A DNA stretch of 64,000 nt from sequence record PQ433349.1; one strand, given 5' to 3'. A program made the translations under genes and the position numbers. Position 1 is the stretch's first letter. Every line of letters starts with the position of its first letter. A model generated the notes under the pieces. The model was not told where the DNA came from and did not search any database. It saw only the letters and a list, made by a program, of their open reading frames with translations. Shown here piece by piece: positions 16,534 through 26,950 of this stretch. Origin of the DNA: Escherichia phage vB_Ec-G1.

Positions 16534-17021
16534 TGGAAAGTGAGATCTTACCAGGTGATGATACGGATTGGGAAACCATTATCAAAAAGATGATGGACCT
16601 TGAACAAGTTCAAATCGAAGCTGGTTTTTTAACAAACAAAAGGCATCCTGAATCAGATCTCACTATTCCTGCAATAGCAGCTATTCAACAATATGGTAAT
16701 GAAACAAATAACATACCTGCTCGCCCTTTTATAACAGATGGCGCTGTTATCTCACAGAACAATATCGCTAAAAAGATGAAGCAGGTGTTTGCAAATTACT
16801 TAATGAATAATGTCGGGTTAGCTGTTTTTGAGCCTATAGCGAGAGCCTCTAGAGAAGGAATAGCTCAAGCGATTGCAATGCAACGTTATCGTCCTTTATC
16901 TCCTGTGACAATTAAGATACGACAAGATAAAGGCAACTATTCTAATCATATCTTAATAGATACGGCACACATGATAAATGCAATCGAAACAAAAATCACA
17001 AAAAGCAAGTCTAAAAAATAA
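16533..17021 (+). CDS. hypothetical structural protein
   Basis: 162 aa, ATGA start/stop overlap with upstream gene. Confidence 0.45.
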   Translation: MESEILPGDDTDWETIIKKMMDLEQVQIEAGFLTNKRHPESDLTIPAIAAIQQYGNETNNIPARPFITDGAVISQNNIAKKMKQVFANYLMNNVGLAVFEPIARASREGIAQAIAMQRYRPLSPVTIKIRQDKGNYSNHILIDTAHMINAIETKITKSKSKK

Positions 17022-17066
17022 CTTGCATAAACTTTGTTTTTGATGTATACTAAAAAGGAGATACAA

Positions 17067-17483
17067 GTGTTACTAGATCAATTTACTCTCCTTGATCTAA
17101 CTGAATACCAAGGTCGTAGACGAATCTACAAAGAGGCAGTTGATTCAGTTATTGCTAACTTAGACAGTAGTGTAGAATATGAACCATTTACTATTGAAGC
17201 GGCAAGCTTACAACCGATATCTGGTAAAACACTGAATGCACTACCTGAAGGTTACAGATCTAAGGCTCAATATAGTTTCTGGACTAAAACAGAAATGAAG
17301 GGGTTACAACAAGGAACAGAACAGTTATCAGATCAGATATTGATAGATGGTAAATGGTATTCTGTTTATTCCCTTAAAGATTGGACCAGAACATCTTTCT
17401 TAGTCCATCATCACTGTGTTGCAATATTAGACGATCAAAACAACTCCTGGTCTTATGGAACAGAAGGAGGAAACTTTGGCTAA
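17067..17483 (+). CDS. hypothetical structural protein
   Basis: GTG start after AAAGGAGA; track start at 17034 lacks RBS. Confidence 0.45.
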   Translation: MLLDQFTLLDLTEYQGRRRIYKEAVDSVIANLDSSVEYEPFTIEAASLQPISGKTLNALPEGYRSKAQYSFWTKTEMKGLQQGTEQLSDQILIDGKWYSVYSLKDWTRTSFLVHHHCVAILDDQNNSWSYGTEGGNFG

Positions 17484-18114
17484 TATTTACCAACAAATAG
17501 AAGCATACGAAAATGCCATCTACTTAAATATAGGTGGCTTCCTTCAAGAATTAGTGGGGTTGCCAGTCTATGTTATGGATAAGCCATTCATTAAACCGGA
17601 TACTCCTTACCTAGCACTACGTATTATCACTTCCAGCGATTCTGGAGGTTGGTCTTACCGAAGCTCTATTCAAAATGATATGTATTCCTACGAGATGGAT
17701 AATACCTACGAGATTGAACTTGTAGCCTATCGTGGAAGACCTACCACTTTGATGAGCTATGTTCTGGCTGCTCTCCGTGGTGCAGAGGAATTAAAATACA
17801 AACATCTCTATTCTAAAGGTCTTGGTTTTTTAGGAGCCTCTAATATAGCTCAAGCCAATACGATTGTAGACGGAGATAAGACTGAATTAAGAGCGCGTAT
17901 GGTTATGACGTTCAACACTCGTATGAGTATTGAAGATATTGCTACTACACCAATAGAAGCAATCAACATGCACATCCGTTCATTCAGAGATAGTTACAAT
18001 GATCCTATCCCTTTAGATTTAATTCTAAACAGGGTTTATGCAATTACTTTGGTTCCAGGCGAATACTCGTCAGTTAATCAAAATGGATCATTATTTAACA
18101 ACCCTACCGAATAA
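17455..18114 (+). CDS. hypothetical tail-associated protein
   Basis: 219 aa ORF; alternative TTG start at 17476 directly after GAAGGAGG. Confidence 0.45.
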   Translation: MEQKEETLANIYQQIEAYENAIYLNIGGFLQELVGLPVYVMDKPFIKPDTPYLALRIITSSDSGGWSYRSSIQNDMYSYEMDNTYEIELVAYRGRPTTLMSYVLAALRGAEELKYKHLYSKGLGFLGASNIAQANTIVDGDKTELRARMVMTFNTRMSIEDIATTPIEAINMHIRSFRDSYNDPIPLDLILNRVYAITLVPGEYSSVNQNGSLFNNPTE

Positions 18115-18148
18115 ACTCATTGGAATTAAGTTTCTAACAGGAGCATAA

Positions 18149-19522
18149 ATGGCAACTTTTCGTGAAAAGGTAGCAACCGTAACTTTACTGTATGGTGCTA
18201 CATCAATTCGTGAAACCCAGTTCGATATTCCTCTGATCCTTACAGGTCAGAACGTAACTGGCGAAGCGATTCAATATTACTCTTCTTCCGATGCACTTTT
18301 GGAAGCAGGTTATGGATTAAATGATCCAGCGTATATTATGGCAGTCAAACTGTTTAACGGTTTGTTCCCACCAGATCAAGTCATGGTTGGTAAGCGTGAA
18401 GTTACAAACTTTACTCTAACTCCAATCGTAGAAGATAGTGCAACTTACACAATTACCATCAAAAATGGTACCAAGAAAAAAGAATTTAAATTCATTGCTG
18501 ATGACACTGCAACTGCACAAGAGATTGTAGTTGGTCTGACTGAAATGATCAATGCAGATCTTGTTTATGGCCCACTGTTTACAGTAGCTAACAACGGCGC
18601 TGCAATGACTTTCACTCCAGTAGAAGGTAAGTTTGGTTCTATTGACAGCACAGGTTTCACTCAAGAAACTGTCTATGCTAATGCTATTACGGAAGATATC
18701 GCTGCTCTGCATGATATTGATAGTAGCTGGTTCTGGACCCTTTCAGATTCCCATGAAACAGAAGATGTTCTAGCTTTGGCTGCATGGGTAGAAGAGAATG
18801 ATAAAGTTTACTTCTTCTCTAGCTCTGAACCTGGAATTAAAACGAAAGCAGAAGATAACGTTCTGGAACGACTGAATGACCTCGGTTATAATAACACTTG
18901 CTTTGCTTTGTGGATGACTGATGCAGATTCTGTATTCCCAGAAGCAGCAGTTGTTGGTGCAATCTGTTCTCGTCAACCTGGTTTAACTACCCTTCACGGT
19001 AAAACACTGGTAGGAGTAGAGATCGAGAAACTGGATCAGACTTCGGAAAACAATATTGTTCAACAGAACGGTAACATCTATCGTAAAGAGCATGGAACTC
19101 TGTTCTATCGTGATGGATTGATGGTTAGCGGTTTCTTTGTTGACTATGTTGTTCATGCTTTGTGGTTTAAAGCTCGCACAGAAGAATCACTGTTTACACT
19201 GTTTAAACAACAGTCTATGCTGGGTGGTGGTGTTCGTGCTACTTCAAACGGTCTGGCTTTGATTCGACAAGCTGTTCTGGCTAACCCGATCCAAGTAGGT
19301 ATCCTCAACGGTTCCATCGCTAATGAAGTTGTTACTTCTGAAGAGACTGGTTTGCGTGTCGATCTGAAACCTATTGTTTATATTCCTTCTCGTGCCGATA
19401 TGACCGATGCGCAAATCAATGCTCGTCTGGTTGATGGGATGAAGATTGAATATGTTTACGCTGGCTTCTTCCATTACGTTAAAGTTCAGGTCAACGTCCT
19501 GACTAACCGTACTGCAAACTAA
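18149..19522 (+). CDS. tail sheath protein (putative)
   Basis: 457 aa immediately upstream of a ~160 aa tube-sized gene and chaperone/tape-measure set; strong RBS. Confidence 0.7.
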   Translation: MATFREKVATVTLLYGATSIRETQFDIPLILTGQNVTGEAIQYYSSSDALLEAGYGLNDPAYIMAVKLFNGLFPPDQVMVGKREVTNFTLTPIVEDSATYTITIKNGTKKKEFKFIADDTATAQEIVVGLTEMINADLVYGPLFTVANNGAAMTFTPVEGKFGSIDSTGFTQETVYANAITEDIAALHDIDSSWFWTLSDSHETEDVLALAAWVEENDKVYFFSSSEPGIKTKAEDNVLERLNDLGYNNTCFALWMTDADSVFPEAAVVGAICSRQPGLTTLHGKTLVGVEIEKLDQTSENNIVQQNGNIYRKEHGTLFYRDGLMVSGFFVDYVVHALWFKARTEESLFTLFKQQSMLGGGVRATSNGLALIRQAVLANPIQVGILNGSIANEVVTSEETGLRVDLKPIVYIPSRADMTDAQINARLVDGMKIEYVYAGFFHYVKVQVNVLTNRTAN

Positions 19523-19527
19523 TACGG

Positions 19528-19547
19528 CGGGGGTTAAGCCCCCGTTA
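19528..19547 (+). terminator. GC hairpin (attenuator or partial terminator) between sheath and tube genes
   Basis: CGGGGG-TTAAG-CCCCCG, weak T-tract. Confidence 0.4.
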
Positions 19548-19568
19548 TCAAAATAAAGAGGATCTATA

Positions 19569-20048
19569 ATGGATAAAATGCTTACTGGCGTAATGGCCTA
19601 CGACCCATCTCAAGTTATCCTTTCATTAGGTGGTTGGGAACCGTGGGGTTTTGCGGCTGATACTAAAATCGTTATTGCTAAATCTAACGATATTATCAAC
19701 CCTTATTCAGGGACTGATGGTGACGTTTCACTAGCTTTGAGTCGTAACCGTTTGGGAACACTCACAATGTCTTTGCAACGCACATCTCCAGCTAACGAAG
19801 TACTTGCAACATATGCACAAACAATGTATTCTACTCGTCAAGTAGCATTCAGCGTTTACTTGGAAGACCCACGTGGCTATTACATTAGCACGATTGGATG
19901 GATTCAAAGTCAGCCTGAAGATACTATTGGCGAAATGATTACAGAGAACCAATGGGTTATTGGTCTTAAAGATGCAAGCCTTCTGCGTAATGAAGTTGGT
20001 GTAGGTTTGAGCACCCTTAACTCAATCTCTGCTCTGACAATTCAATAA
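19569..20048 (+). CDS. tail tube protein (putative)
   Basis: 159 aa directly after sheath gene. Confidence 0.65.
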   Translation: MDKMLTGVMAYDPSQVILSLGGWEPWGFAADTKIVIAKSNDIINPYSGTDGDVSLALSRNRLGTLTMSLQRTSPANEVLATYAQTMYSTRQVAFSVYLEDPRGYYISTIGWIQSQPEDTIGEMITENQWVIGLKDASLLRNEVGVGLSTLNSISALTIQ

Positions 20049-20054
20049 TAAATA

Positions 20055-20076
20055 AAGGGCAGAAATGCCCTTTTTA
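20055..20076 (+). terminator. rho-independent terminator
   Basis: AAGGGCA-GAAA-TGCCCTT followed by TTT. Confidence 0.7.
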
Positions 20077-20093
20077 TCATTAGAGAGGAAAAT

Positions 20094-20576
20094 ATGTCAC
20101 AAGAACAAGATAACACAATTCAAAAATATGCTCGACCAGAAGAAGTAGTTGAGATTCCGTTAGATGGAAACAGATCTGTTACTTTCCGTATTATGAAGTG
20201 GAGTCCATCTAAAGTGTTTGACAGGATTCCAGAATTGGGTAGTGTTCTGGTTGTTCCTATGACTATGTATAGCACAGCAACAATGTCAGCAGACGAAGAC
20301 CTTGAGTCACGTATTGCTATGGCACTGATCCAACTTTTTGCGGGTTTGGAAGAAAAGAATTTAACTGTCTTTTTGCGTAAAATTTTAGATGAGGTTTATA
20401 CTCAAGACGGTTATAACGTTGCAGAAAATTTTGATGAATTATTTATGGCTCACCCAGAACTAGTGTTAGATCTTACTGCTAAAGTTCTGGAGGTAAACTA
20501 CGGCCCTTTTTTCAAACGAGGTTTCGGAAAACTGTTCACACAGCTTCAGGCGATGACGAGTTTAGCAGCAAATTAA
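20094..20576 (+). CDS. tail assembly chaperone (gpG-like)
   Basis: 160 aa between tube and tape measure; contains slippery TTTTTTC near 3' end. Confidence 0.6.
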   Translation: MSQEQDNTIQKYARPEEVVEIPLDGNRSVTFRIMKWSPSKVFDRIPELGSVLVVPMTMYSTATMSADEDLESRIAMALIQLFAGLEEKNLTVFLRKILDEVYTQDGYNVAENFDELFMAHPELVLDLTAKVLEVNYGPFFKRGFGKLFTQLQAMTSLAAN

Positions 20577-20842
20577 CACCTGCGATTGAACATGCTATCG
20601 ACACAGCAACGAAAACCCTTACTTTGAAGTGGTATGAGGTTATTCTTTGCAAAGTCGTTAAAGATACCTCGGAAACACTGAAAACATTGGATAACTACGG
20701 TGTAGATTATCTTTTAAAACTATATGAGTATTTAACATACGAAGAGTATGTTGAAGCCATGTATGTTAAAGACACTTCAATAAAGAGAAAACATCAAAAC
20801 CAGACAAATAAAATGTCAGATTTGTTTAAGAAACTTGTTTAA
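20094..20842 (+). CDS. predicted chaperone frameshift fusion product (gpGT-like)
   Basis: chaperone frame to 20512 joined to -1 frame 20513-20842, ending 21 nt before tape measure start. Confidence 0.5.
20507..20513 (+). other. candidate -1 programmed ribosomal frameshift site
   Basis: T TTT TTC in X_XXY_YYZ register of chaperone frame, 21 codons before its stop; -1 frame stays open to 20842. Confidence 0.55.
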
Positions 20843-20862
20843 TCCAACACGAGGAACATACT

Positions 20863-22851
20863 TTGTTAGAAATTAACGCCTCCAAAATTAGTAACGTGGT
20901 TACGTTTAAGGTGGACAAGAACAGTCTCAAGGAAGCAAAAGATGCCGTGTTGAGTGTTCAGAAGTTTGCAAATAAAATGCAACCCACTATGAACATGACC
21001 AAGTTTAGACAACAAATGAAAGAGATTGAGCGTGAACTTAAGAAAGCTCAAACTCAAAGTCAAAAACCTATGCGAGCACCTACTCCCGCTGGAGCGGGTG
21101 CTCCTGTAGGCGGATCTGGCAGACCTAGAACTCCTAAAACCCCGCAAGGAAGAGAAGAAGAAAAAGCTCGTAAAGCTGCTGAACGCGAAGCTAAAGCAGC
21201 AGCACGTAGGGAAGACTTAGGTAATCTTCGTTTGCAGAACTTTAACTATCGAGCAAGAGCATTTAGTAAAGCCAGTCCTGGCGCTATGCAAGAAGCTAGA
21301 GACGTTATGGGTAAAGCTGTAGAGCAATACAAAAAGGGTGAAATAACTCTTCAACGTATGAACCAAGCTCTTGCTCACCAGTTGGATGCTTTACGCAGAT
21401 CTCATCGTGAAAAGAATGCTGAAATAGAAGACGAGGTTCGCGGTCGTCGCCGTATTCGTAGAGAGTTAGAAGCAGAAGCTAAAATGCGTATACGTATGCG
21501 AAATCGTGAACTTAGGGATATAGAACGCAATCGTAAACGTGAATTAGCTCAACAAAGACGTGACCGTGATCGTCGATATGGACAATTAAAAGAAGGTGCA
21601 GCAGGTCTTAATCCACGCATGATTGCATCCTCTTTGATTGGTGCTGGGCTGTTTGCGGGTGGTTCTGTAGTTGGTAATACGTTGATGAATACTAATGAAA
21701 GAATTAAACTTGTAAGCCGTGGTGCTGAAAACGTTCAGACAAACGCCAACGCTATTTTGGCAATGACAGCTTGGGGTGAACAGAACGGTGTAGACTCTGC
21801 AAATATTATTAAGTCAATAGATAATATTAAAGACGTTCGTGAACGTCTTGGTAATACAGTTTTAGCCTCAAAATGGAATGAGAAAGAAGGGAAGTGGAAA
21901 GGCGGCGATAATGGCATAAATGACATTATGAACTTGTTTGGATGGAATCCAGAACAGCTTAAACCTTTACAGAACGATCCTTTAGCTTTTATTCAGGCTA
22001 CTGTTAATGAAGGTGAGCGTCGAGGTATGAACTCTGCTCAAATCGGGCGACTTCTTGAAAACCTTGGTGATGACCTTATGCACTACCAACGTATGTTTAG
22101 TAAAAACGGCGAAGGGTATAATGAAGTATTGAAAATGCTTCAAAGAACAGGTGCAACATTAACTCAAGAACAAATAGATGCTTCTAAAGAGTTTACTCGT
22201 TTTGCTGCAACAGTTCAGCTTGTAGGTCAAGGTATGCAGAACCATTTCTTAGAGGGTTTTGTGAAAGCCTTACCTAAAGATGATTCTTGGTTGGATAACG
22301 TTAAAGTGCTAGATCAGTTTGCCAAAGATTTAGGTGAAGAACTTGGTAAGACAACAGTGCAATTAGGAGGTTTTGCTAAAGAATTGGGAGATGGTTTCGG
22401 ATCTTTTACCAATTGGCTTAAAGAAACATTCCCAGATACATTCGGAGACAACACAGATCCTAATAAATCTATGGCACAAAAAGCATACGAGGCAACGCAA
22501 AGTGGAGACAGCAATCCTGTAGCAGATTGGTTGTACAATTTAACAGGTATTGATACACAAGATATTGGTCGTATGTGGAGAGGAGAACAAACAAGGACAC
22601 GTGCTTTTGGATTTGGTAATCCTCTTGAAGATTTACGTGAATCAGCCTATACACCTAACGTAAGTTTGGCTCGTAATCAACCTGTTGTTGAGAATACGGT
22701 AGCAATACCAAGTGATCTTATCAAAGTTACGATCAGCCCTTCTTCAGAGTTTGGAAATATTCTTGATGCAAGAATTCAAAATAGCGGAAATAGCATTTTC
22801 CAACGTTTGTCTCTTTCAACTCTAAGTGGACAATCTAACACTGGTGGTTAA
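20863..22851 (+). CDS. tail tape measure protein
   Basis: 662 aa, charged coiled-coil-like N-half, Gly-rich TM-like segment SSLIGAGLFAGGSVVG; TTG start after GAGGAA; follows chaperone pair. Confidence 0.75.
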   Translation: MLEINASKISNVVTFKVDKNSLKEAKDAVLSVQKFANKMQPTMNMTKFRQQMKEIERELKKAQTQSQKPMRAPTPAGAGAPVGGSGRPRTPKTPQGREEEKARKAAEREAKAAARREDLGNLRLQNFNYRARAFSKASPGAMQEARDVMGKAVEQYKKGEITLQRMNQALAHQLDALRRSHREKNAEIEDEVRGRRRIRRELEAEAKMRIRMRNRELRDIERNRKRELAQQRRDRDRRYGQLKEGAAGLNPRMIASSLIGAGLFAGGSVVGNTLMNTNERIKLVSRGAENVQTNANAILAMTAWGEQNGVDSANIIKSIDNIKDVRERLGNTVLASKWNEKEGKWKGGDNGINDIMNLFGWNPEQLKPLQNDPLAFIQATVNEGERRGMNSAQIGRLLENLGDDLMHYQRMFSKNGEGYNEVLKMLQRTGATLTQEQIDASKEFTRFAATVQLVGQGMQNHFLEGFVKALPKDDSWLDNVKVLDQFAKDLGEELGKTTVQLGGFAKELGDGFGSFTNWLKETFPDTFGDNTDPNKSMAQKAYEATQSGDSNPVADWLYNLTGIDTQDIGRMWRGEQTRTRAFGFGNPLEDLRESAYTPNVSLARNQPVVENTVAIPSDLIKVTISPSSEFGNILDARIQNSGNSIFQRLSLSTLSGQSNTGG

Positions 22852-22858
22852 TAAAATA

Positions 22859-22880
22859 CCTCGCTTCGGCGGGGTTTTTT
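22859..22880 (+). terminator. rho-independent terminator after tape measure
   Basis: CCTCGC-TTCG-GCGGGG then TTTTTT. Confidence 0.75.
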
Positions 22881-22888
22881 CGTTTCCC

Positions 22889-22918
22889 TTGACACGAAGT
22901 TTCTATATGTGTTACAAT
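22889..22918 (+). promoter_or_regulatory. sigma70-like promoter for baseplate genes
   Basis: TTGACA-N18-TACAAT. Confidence 0.6.
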
Positions 22919-22977
22919 AATCAATATGGGAAGATCTTGCATCTTCCTTTTGGCATTATCATTACTACGAGGTTATC

Positions 22978-23679
22978 ATGGCAGCAATGACTCCACAACA
23001 GTCGGTGAGAGCCGTCTATAAGGCAGAACAGGAAATCAACTCTACCGAGAATAAAAATACCTCGGCATCTACCGTAAAGGGTGATAATGGTTTCTGTATT
23101 TTAGCAAGTGTTTATAATAGTTCAAGCGATCAATACATTCAAAACTTTAAAGCAATTACTTTCGATTCAGTCCCTGAAATAGGTGTAACTCGTGAAGCAG
23201 ACGTTACAAGTTTTCCTGTGGAATCAGGATCGGATGTAAGCGATCATGTTCAGATAAAAAATAACAGATTTAAACTTTCAGGTATAATTACCGAAACACC
23301 AATTCGGCTTATGCGAGATCAATTATACAGTGCAGGTGTAAATGGAGCAAGGATTTCTCAAGCAATAGAATATCTAGACCAAATATTTGAGGCAAGACAA
23401 CCAATAGTTCTTTTGACAGAACACAGAACTTTTGAAAATGTTATCCTCAAAGGTTATTCGTATGATTATAAATCTGAATTTGCTATGCAATTTGATTTAG
23501 AGTTTGAACAAATCCGTCTCGTTTCTAAGGCCACTACTAACGCTATTGCTGTAAAAACAGCACCAAATAAGTCAACTGGTGGTGATGTGAAAGGTCAAGT
23601 TGCTTCGAATGGTCCTAAGTCAGATATTACAGTAAGAACTGCTGAAGCTACTAATACCCCAACAAACAACGGAGGTTAA
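22978..23679 (+). CDS. tail/baseplate assembly protein (putative)
   Basis: 233 aa, first gene after tape measure. Confidence 0.45.
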   Translation: MAAMTPQQSVRAVYKAEQEINSTENKNTSASTVKGDNGFCILASVYNSSSDQYIQNFKAITFDSVPEIGVTREADVTSFPVESGSDVSDHVQIKNNRFKLSGIITETPIRLMRDQLYSAGVNGARISQAIEYLDQIFEARQPIVLLTEHRTFENVILKGYSYDYKSEFAMQFDLEFEQIRLVSKATTNAIAVKTAPNKSTGGDVKGQVASNGPKSDITVRTAEATNTPTNNGG

Positions 23680-23681
23680 TA

Positions 23682-24095
23682 GTGACAACTTATTCTAAAA
23701 CAACAAGGTCTACAAGTAATACAGGCTACAGTGCAGTTTATCTGGAGGACCATTCTACTTATTTTGCATGGTATCTGAAAACTGAAGAGTACCCTGATCA
23801 AACATATACAGTTACATTGGATGGAGTTGATTATGACATTCGTTTAAGGTGGAACACTAGGGACGAGTCTTGGCAATGTCAGATAGGATTATCTGGAGAT
23901 GATCCAAGTATAAGTTTCAAAGTTACAAATGGTTTAGATCTTCTTAAACCTTATAAATATCTTGAAAGTGTGCCAGATGGTCAATTGTATATAGTAGATA
24001 CAGTTAAGATTAATGGTCGTCCTGGGTATACAACTACAGGTCGAGATAAACGTTTTGTATTGGTTTATATTGATAACAAACCTAATCAGGCGTAA
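23682..24095 (+). CDS. tail/baseplate protein (putative)
   Basis: 137 aa, GTG start after ACGGAGG. Confidence 0.45.
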   Translation: MTTYSKTTRSTSNTGYSAVYLEDHSTYFAWYLKTEEYPDQTYTVTLDGVDYDIRLRWNTRDESWQCQIGLSGDDPSISFKVTNGLDLLKPYKYLESVPDGQLYIVDTVKINGRPGYTTTGRDKRFVLVYIDNKPNQA

Positions 24096-24104
24096 GGAGA
24101 TAAT

Positions 24105-25115
24105 ATGGCAGAAAGAGAGTATACAAAAGCTCCTGCCCCTAATTTAAACAGGGCATACAAATTATTAATTGGTTCTGCCACAAACACAATACAGAAGAGA
24201 ACTAAGAACTCGGCATTTAAATCTACAGTAGATTTGGATACCAAGTTAGGGACAACAGAAAAATCCTCTTCTAATTTGTATTTGTTGCAAGACCATCAAA
24301 TAACCTTCAGTATTAAGAAAGATAATAACAAAGATCCTAACCAAGCAGAGATTGTAGTTTATAACCTTTCGGATGATACTGTTAACTATATAAACCGTGG
24401 TATCCGAAATAACTTGGCTGTTGCTTTAGCGGTAGGATACGAAGGTGAAGAGTTGGTTATGGTCTTCAAAGGAACTATCCAGTGGGTTAGTGATACTTTT
24501 GACTCGGTAGACAGGAAAACCACTTTACACTGTTTGGATGGCGGTATTAACATTGCAGAAGCAAGAACAAGCCGCAGTTATCCAAAAGGAACTAAAATCA
24601 AACGTGTTGTGACAGATTTGGTAAAGGATTTAGGAACTACAGAAGGTAATATACACGTAGATAATGATCAAACCTTATCCTCAGCAACAGCTATGTGTGG
24701 AAACACTTCACATTACCTAGAACATATTTGTAAAAGTATTGATCACAATGTGTCAATACAAGATGGATCTGTTTATGTCACTCCTCGTTCACAAATGTCT
24801 AGTGCACGTAGCGCCTACATTAGCCCTGAAACTGGTCTGATAGGAAGTCCAGAACCATTCCACAACGATATAAAACCTACTAAAAAAGTTACCAAGTCAT
24901 CTAAGAAGGCAAAGAAACCTACAGATGGTGTTAAATTCAAATGCCAAATGAATGGTGCAATATTACCAGAAAAAACAATCTGGTTAAAAAGCCGAGATTA
25001 TGATGGTCCATTTAAAGTTGTTTCTGTTTCTCACAATGGTGATAAAGAGGGTAAAGAGTGGGTTACTGAAGTGGAGTGTGTATCCGTGTCTGAAATAATG
25101 ACTAAGGAGAAATAA
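24105..25115 (+). CDS. tail protein (baseplate hub region)
   Basis: 336 aa, position. Confidence 0.45.
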   Translation: MAEREYTKAPAPNLNRAYKLLIGSATNTIQKRTKNSAFKSTVDLDTKLGTTEKSSSNLYLLQDHQITFSIKKDNNKDPNQAEIVVYNLSDDTVNYINRGIRNNLAVALAVGYEGEELVMVFKGTIQWVSDTFDSVDRKTTLHCLDGGINIAEARTSRSYPKGTKIKRVVTDLVKDLGTTEGNIHVDNDQTLSSATAMCGNTSHYLEHICKSIDHNVSIQDGSVYVTPRSQMSSARSAYISPETGLIGSPEPFHNDIKPTKKVTKSSKKAKKPTDGVKFKCQMNGAILPEKTIWLKSRDYDGPFKVVSVSHNGDKEGKEWVTEVECVSVSEIMTKEK

Positions 25116-25849
25116 TGGATGCATTAAATTTTGTCACAGCAATGCGTGGCTTAATGACAGAACAATTAGCAGAAGTCCATACAGCCCTGCCAGTCCGTGT
25201 GACTGGCGTTAATTATGGTGCTAAAACTGTCACTTTAGAATCTATTGTTAAAAACACACGATCTAGTGAAGATGAAATAGATTACCCTACTTTTGAAGAT
25301 GTTCCTTTTATGGTTAATGGGGGTGGGACAGGAAGAATCTCATTCCCTATTAAAGCTGGCGATTTAGGAACTGTTATATTTTCTGAAAGAGATCCTTCTA
25401 ATGCACTGCAAACTAGTGGGGAAACCTCTTCATCATCCACTTTTATGCAGCCTTGTGGATTATACCCTATTTGTTTTATTCCTAAAATAGCTACAGGAAC
25501 AGATTCAACAGAAGCTGTAGATTCTGAAAAGGTGGTTATTTCTAATAACAAAAACACATACGCTTCTTTCGACCCCACAGGAAATATCTCAATATGGAAT
25601 AGTCAAGGGATGAAAATAGATATTACTACCTCTGGCATCACTATTACAGATGGCACAGGGACTTTGGATCTAAAAGGTGGTAATTTAACTTTCAAAGGCG
25701 GCGTAGCAGATATCAATGGTCTTAAAATAGATCAGAATGGTTTGATGACAGATGGCAATGGCATCGGATTCCATACTCACACGCACACGGTTCGTAACAT
25801 TCAGAGCGGTAACTCAAGTGCCGAGTCCTTAAAACCAACAGGAGCCTAA
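25115..25849 (+). CDS. baseplate spike / gpV-like protein (putative)
   Basis: 244 aa; C-terminal IGFHTHTHTV His-rich tip. Confidence 0.5.
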   Translation: MDALNFVTAMRGLMTEQLAEVHTALPVRVTGVNYGAKTVTLESIVKNTRSSEDEIDYPTFEDVPFMVNGGGTGRISFPIKAGDLGTVIFSERDPSNALQTSGETSSSSTFMQPCGLYPICFIPKIATGTDSTEAVDSEKVVISNNKNTYASFDPTGNISIWNSQGMKIDITTSGITITDGTGTLDLKGGNLTFKGGVADINGLKIDQNGLMTDGNGIGFHTHTHTVRNIQSGNSSAESLKPTGA

Positions 25850-25850
25850 C

Positions 25851-26477
25851 ATGGGAATCCCTTTTGACTTAAAACTTGGGCCAAACAACGACCTCATCAT
25901 GGATGATGGGGATTTGGTCCTCACTACAACCAGAACAGAAATTGCAGCACAAACTCTTGGGATAACTCTGAACACGTATCGTGGGGAGTGGTTTTTAAAT
26001 ACTAACTTCGGTGTTCCTTACTTACAAGAGATTATTGGTGTTGCTAGAAAGAAAGATATTGTAGACAGAATATTTTTAGCAGAGATTGCCAAAAACGTTT
26101 ACATAGATACAATAAACAGTTATAAATCTGCTTATGACATGGACCAACGTTATTATTCAATGACAGTTATGGTCACAGTTGGAGCAGATACAGTAACATC
26201 TATATTCAATACTCAACCTTCTGAAGAGTTTATTTACCCTGAAGCTGGTGAAGACAATGCAGCGATCATTTGTGAAGCTTACAGTATTGTTGAGAATTCG
26301 AATAGACTTTATCGCTTTATCAACTTTGTTGGTTTGCCACGTGATACCTACTCTACTTGGTGGAATGAATGGTCTACAGAGTCAGCAGTGGAAAGAATCA
26401 TGGTTAACGAAAAAGGTGATGCATTAGCTACAAACAATAACTTCGGTATAACAGCTATGACAGGAGTAGAAGAGTAA
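25851..26477 (+). CDS. baseplate wedge protein (putative)
   Basis: 208 aa, position after spike gene. Confidence 0.45.
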   Translation: MGIPFDLKLGPNNDLIMDDGDLVLTTTRTEIAAQTLGITLNTYRGEWFLNTNFGVPYLQEIIGVARKKDIVDRIFLAEIAKNVYIDTINSYKSAYDMDQRYYSMTVMVTVGADTVTSIFNTQPSEEFIYPEAGEDNAAIICEAYSIVENSNRLYRFINFVGLPRDTYSTWWNEWSTESAVERIMVNEKGDALATNNNFGITAMTGVEE

Positions 26478-26950
26478 TGGCAGATTTAACTACGATCAAA
26501 ATTTCTGATCTTACACAAACAACCTCTGTGTCTGATACAGATTTCTTTGTAACAGATCAGGCTGGAATAACAAAGAAAACTTCTTTGAAAGTGCTGTTGA
26601 GTGGTGCAGGGGTAACTAGAAACCGTCTGAATGCACGGGGAACAGTAACTAGCACCCTGGCATTAGATATTAGTTCGGCAGAATATTTTTCAGCAACTTT
26701 ATCTTCTGCAACGTGCACAATTAGTTTTACTAATATTCCAGTAGCAACAAATGCAGTTTTAAACTTTACTTTAGCTTTGCGTCAAGGAAGTGGTGCAAAT
26801 AAAGTCGTATGGCCTTCTTCTGTAAAATGGAGTTTTGGTCGTTCCCCAGTTTTGAGTTATCGTCAAGGTGCAACAGACACTTTTGAGTTTATCAGTTATG
26901 ATAATGGAGCAACTTGGACAGGTAGCTTAGTTTTAGCAGGAGTTATTTAA
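26477..26950 (+). CDS. hypothetical baseplate protein
   Basis: 157 aa, ATGA overlap with upstream gene. Confidence 0.45.
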   Translation: MADLTTIKISDLTQTTSVSDTDFFVTDQAGITKKTSLKVLLSGAGVTRNRLNARGTVTSTLALDISSAEYFSATLSSATCTISFTNIPVATNAVLNFTLALRQGSGANKVVWPSSVKWSFGRSPVLSYRQGATDTFEFISYDNGATWTGSLVLAGVI

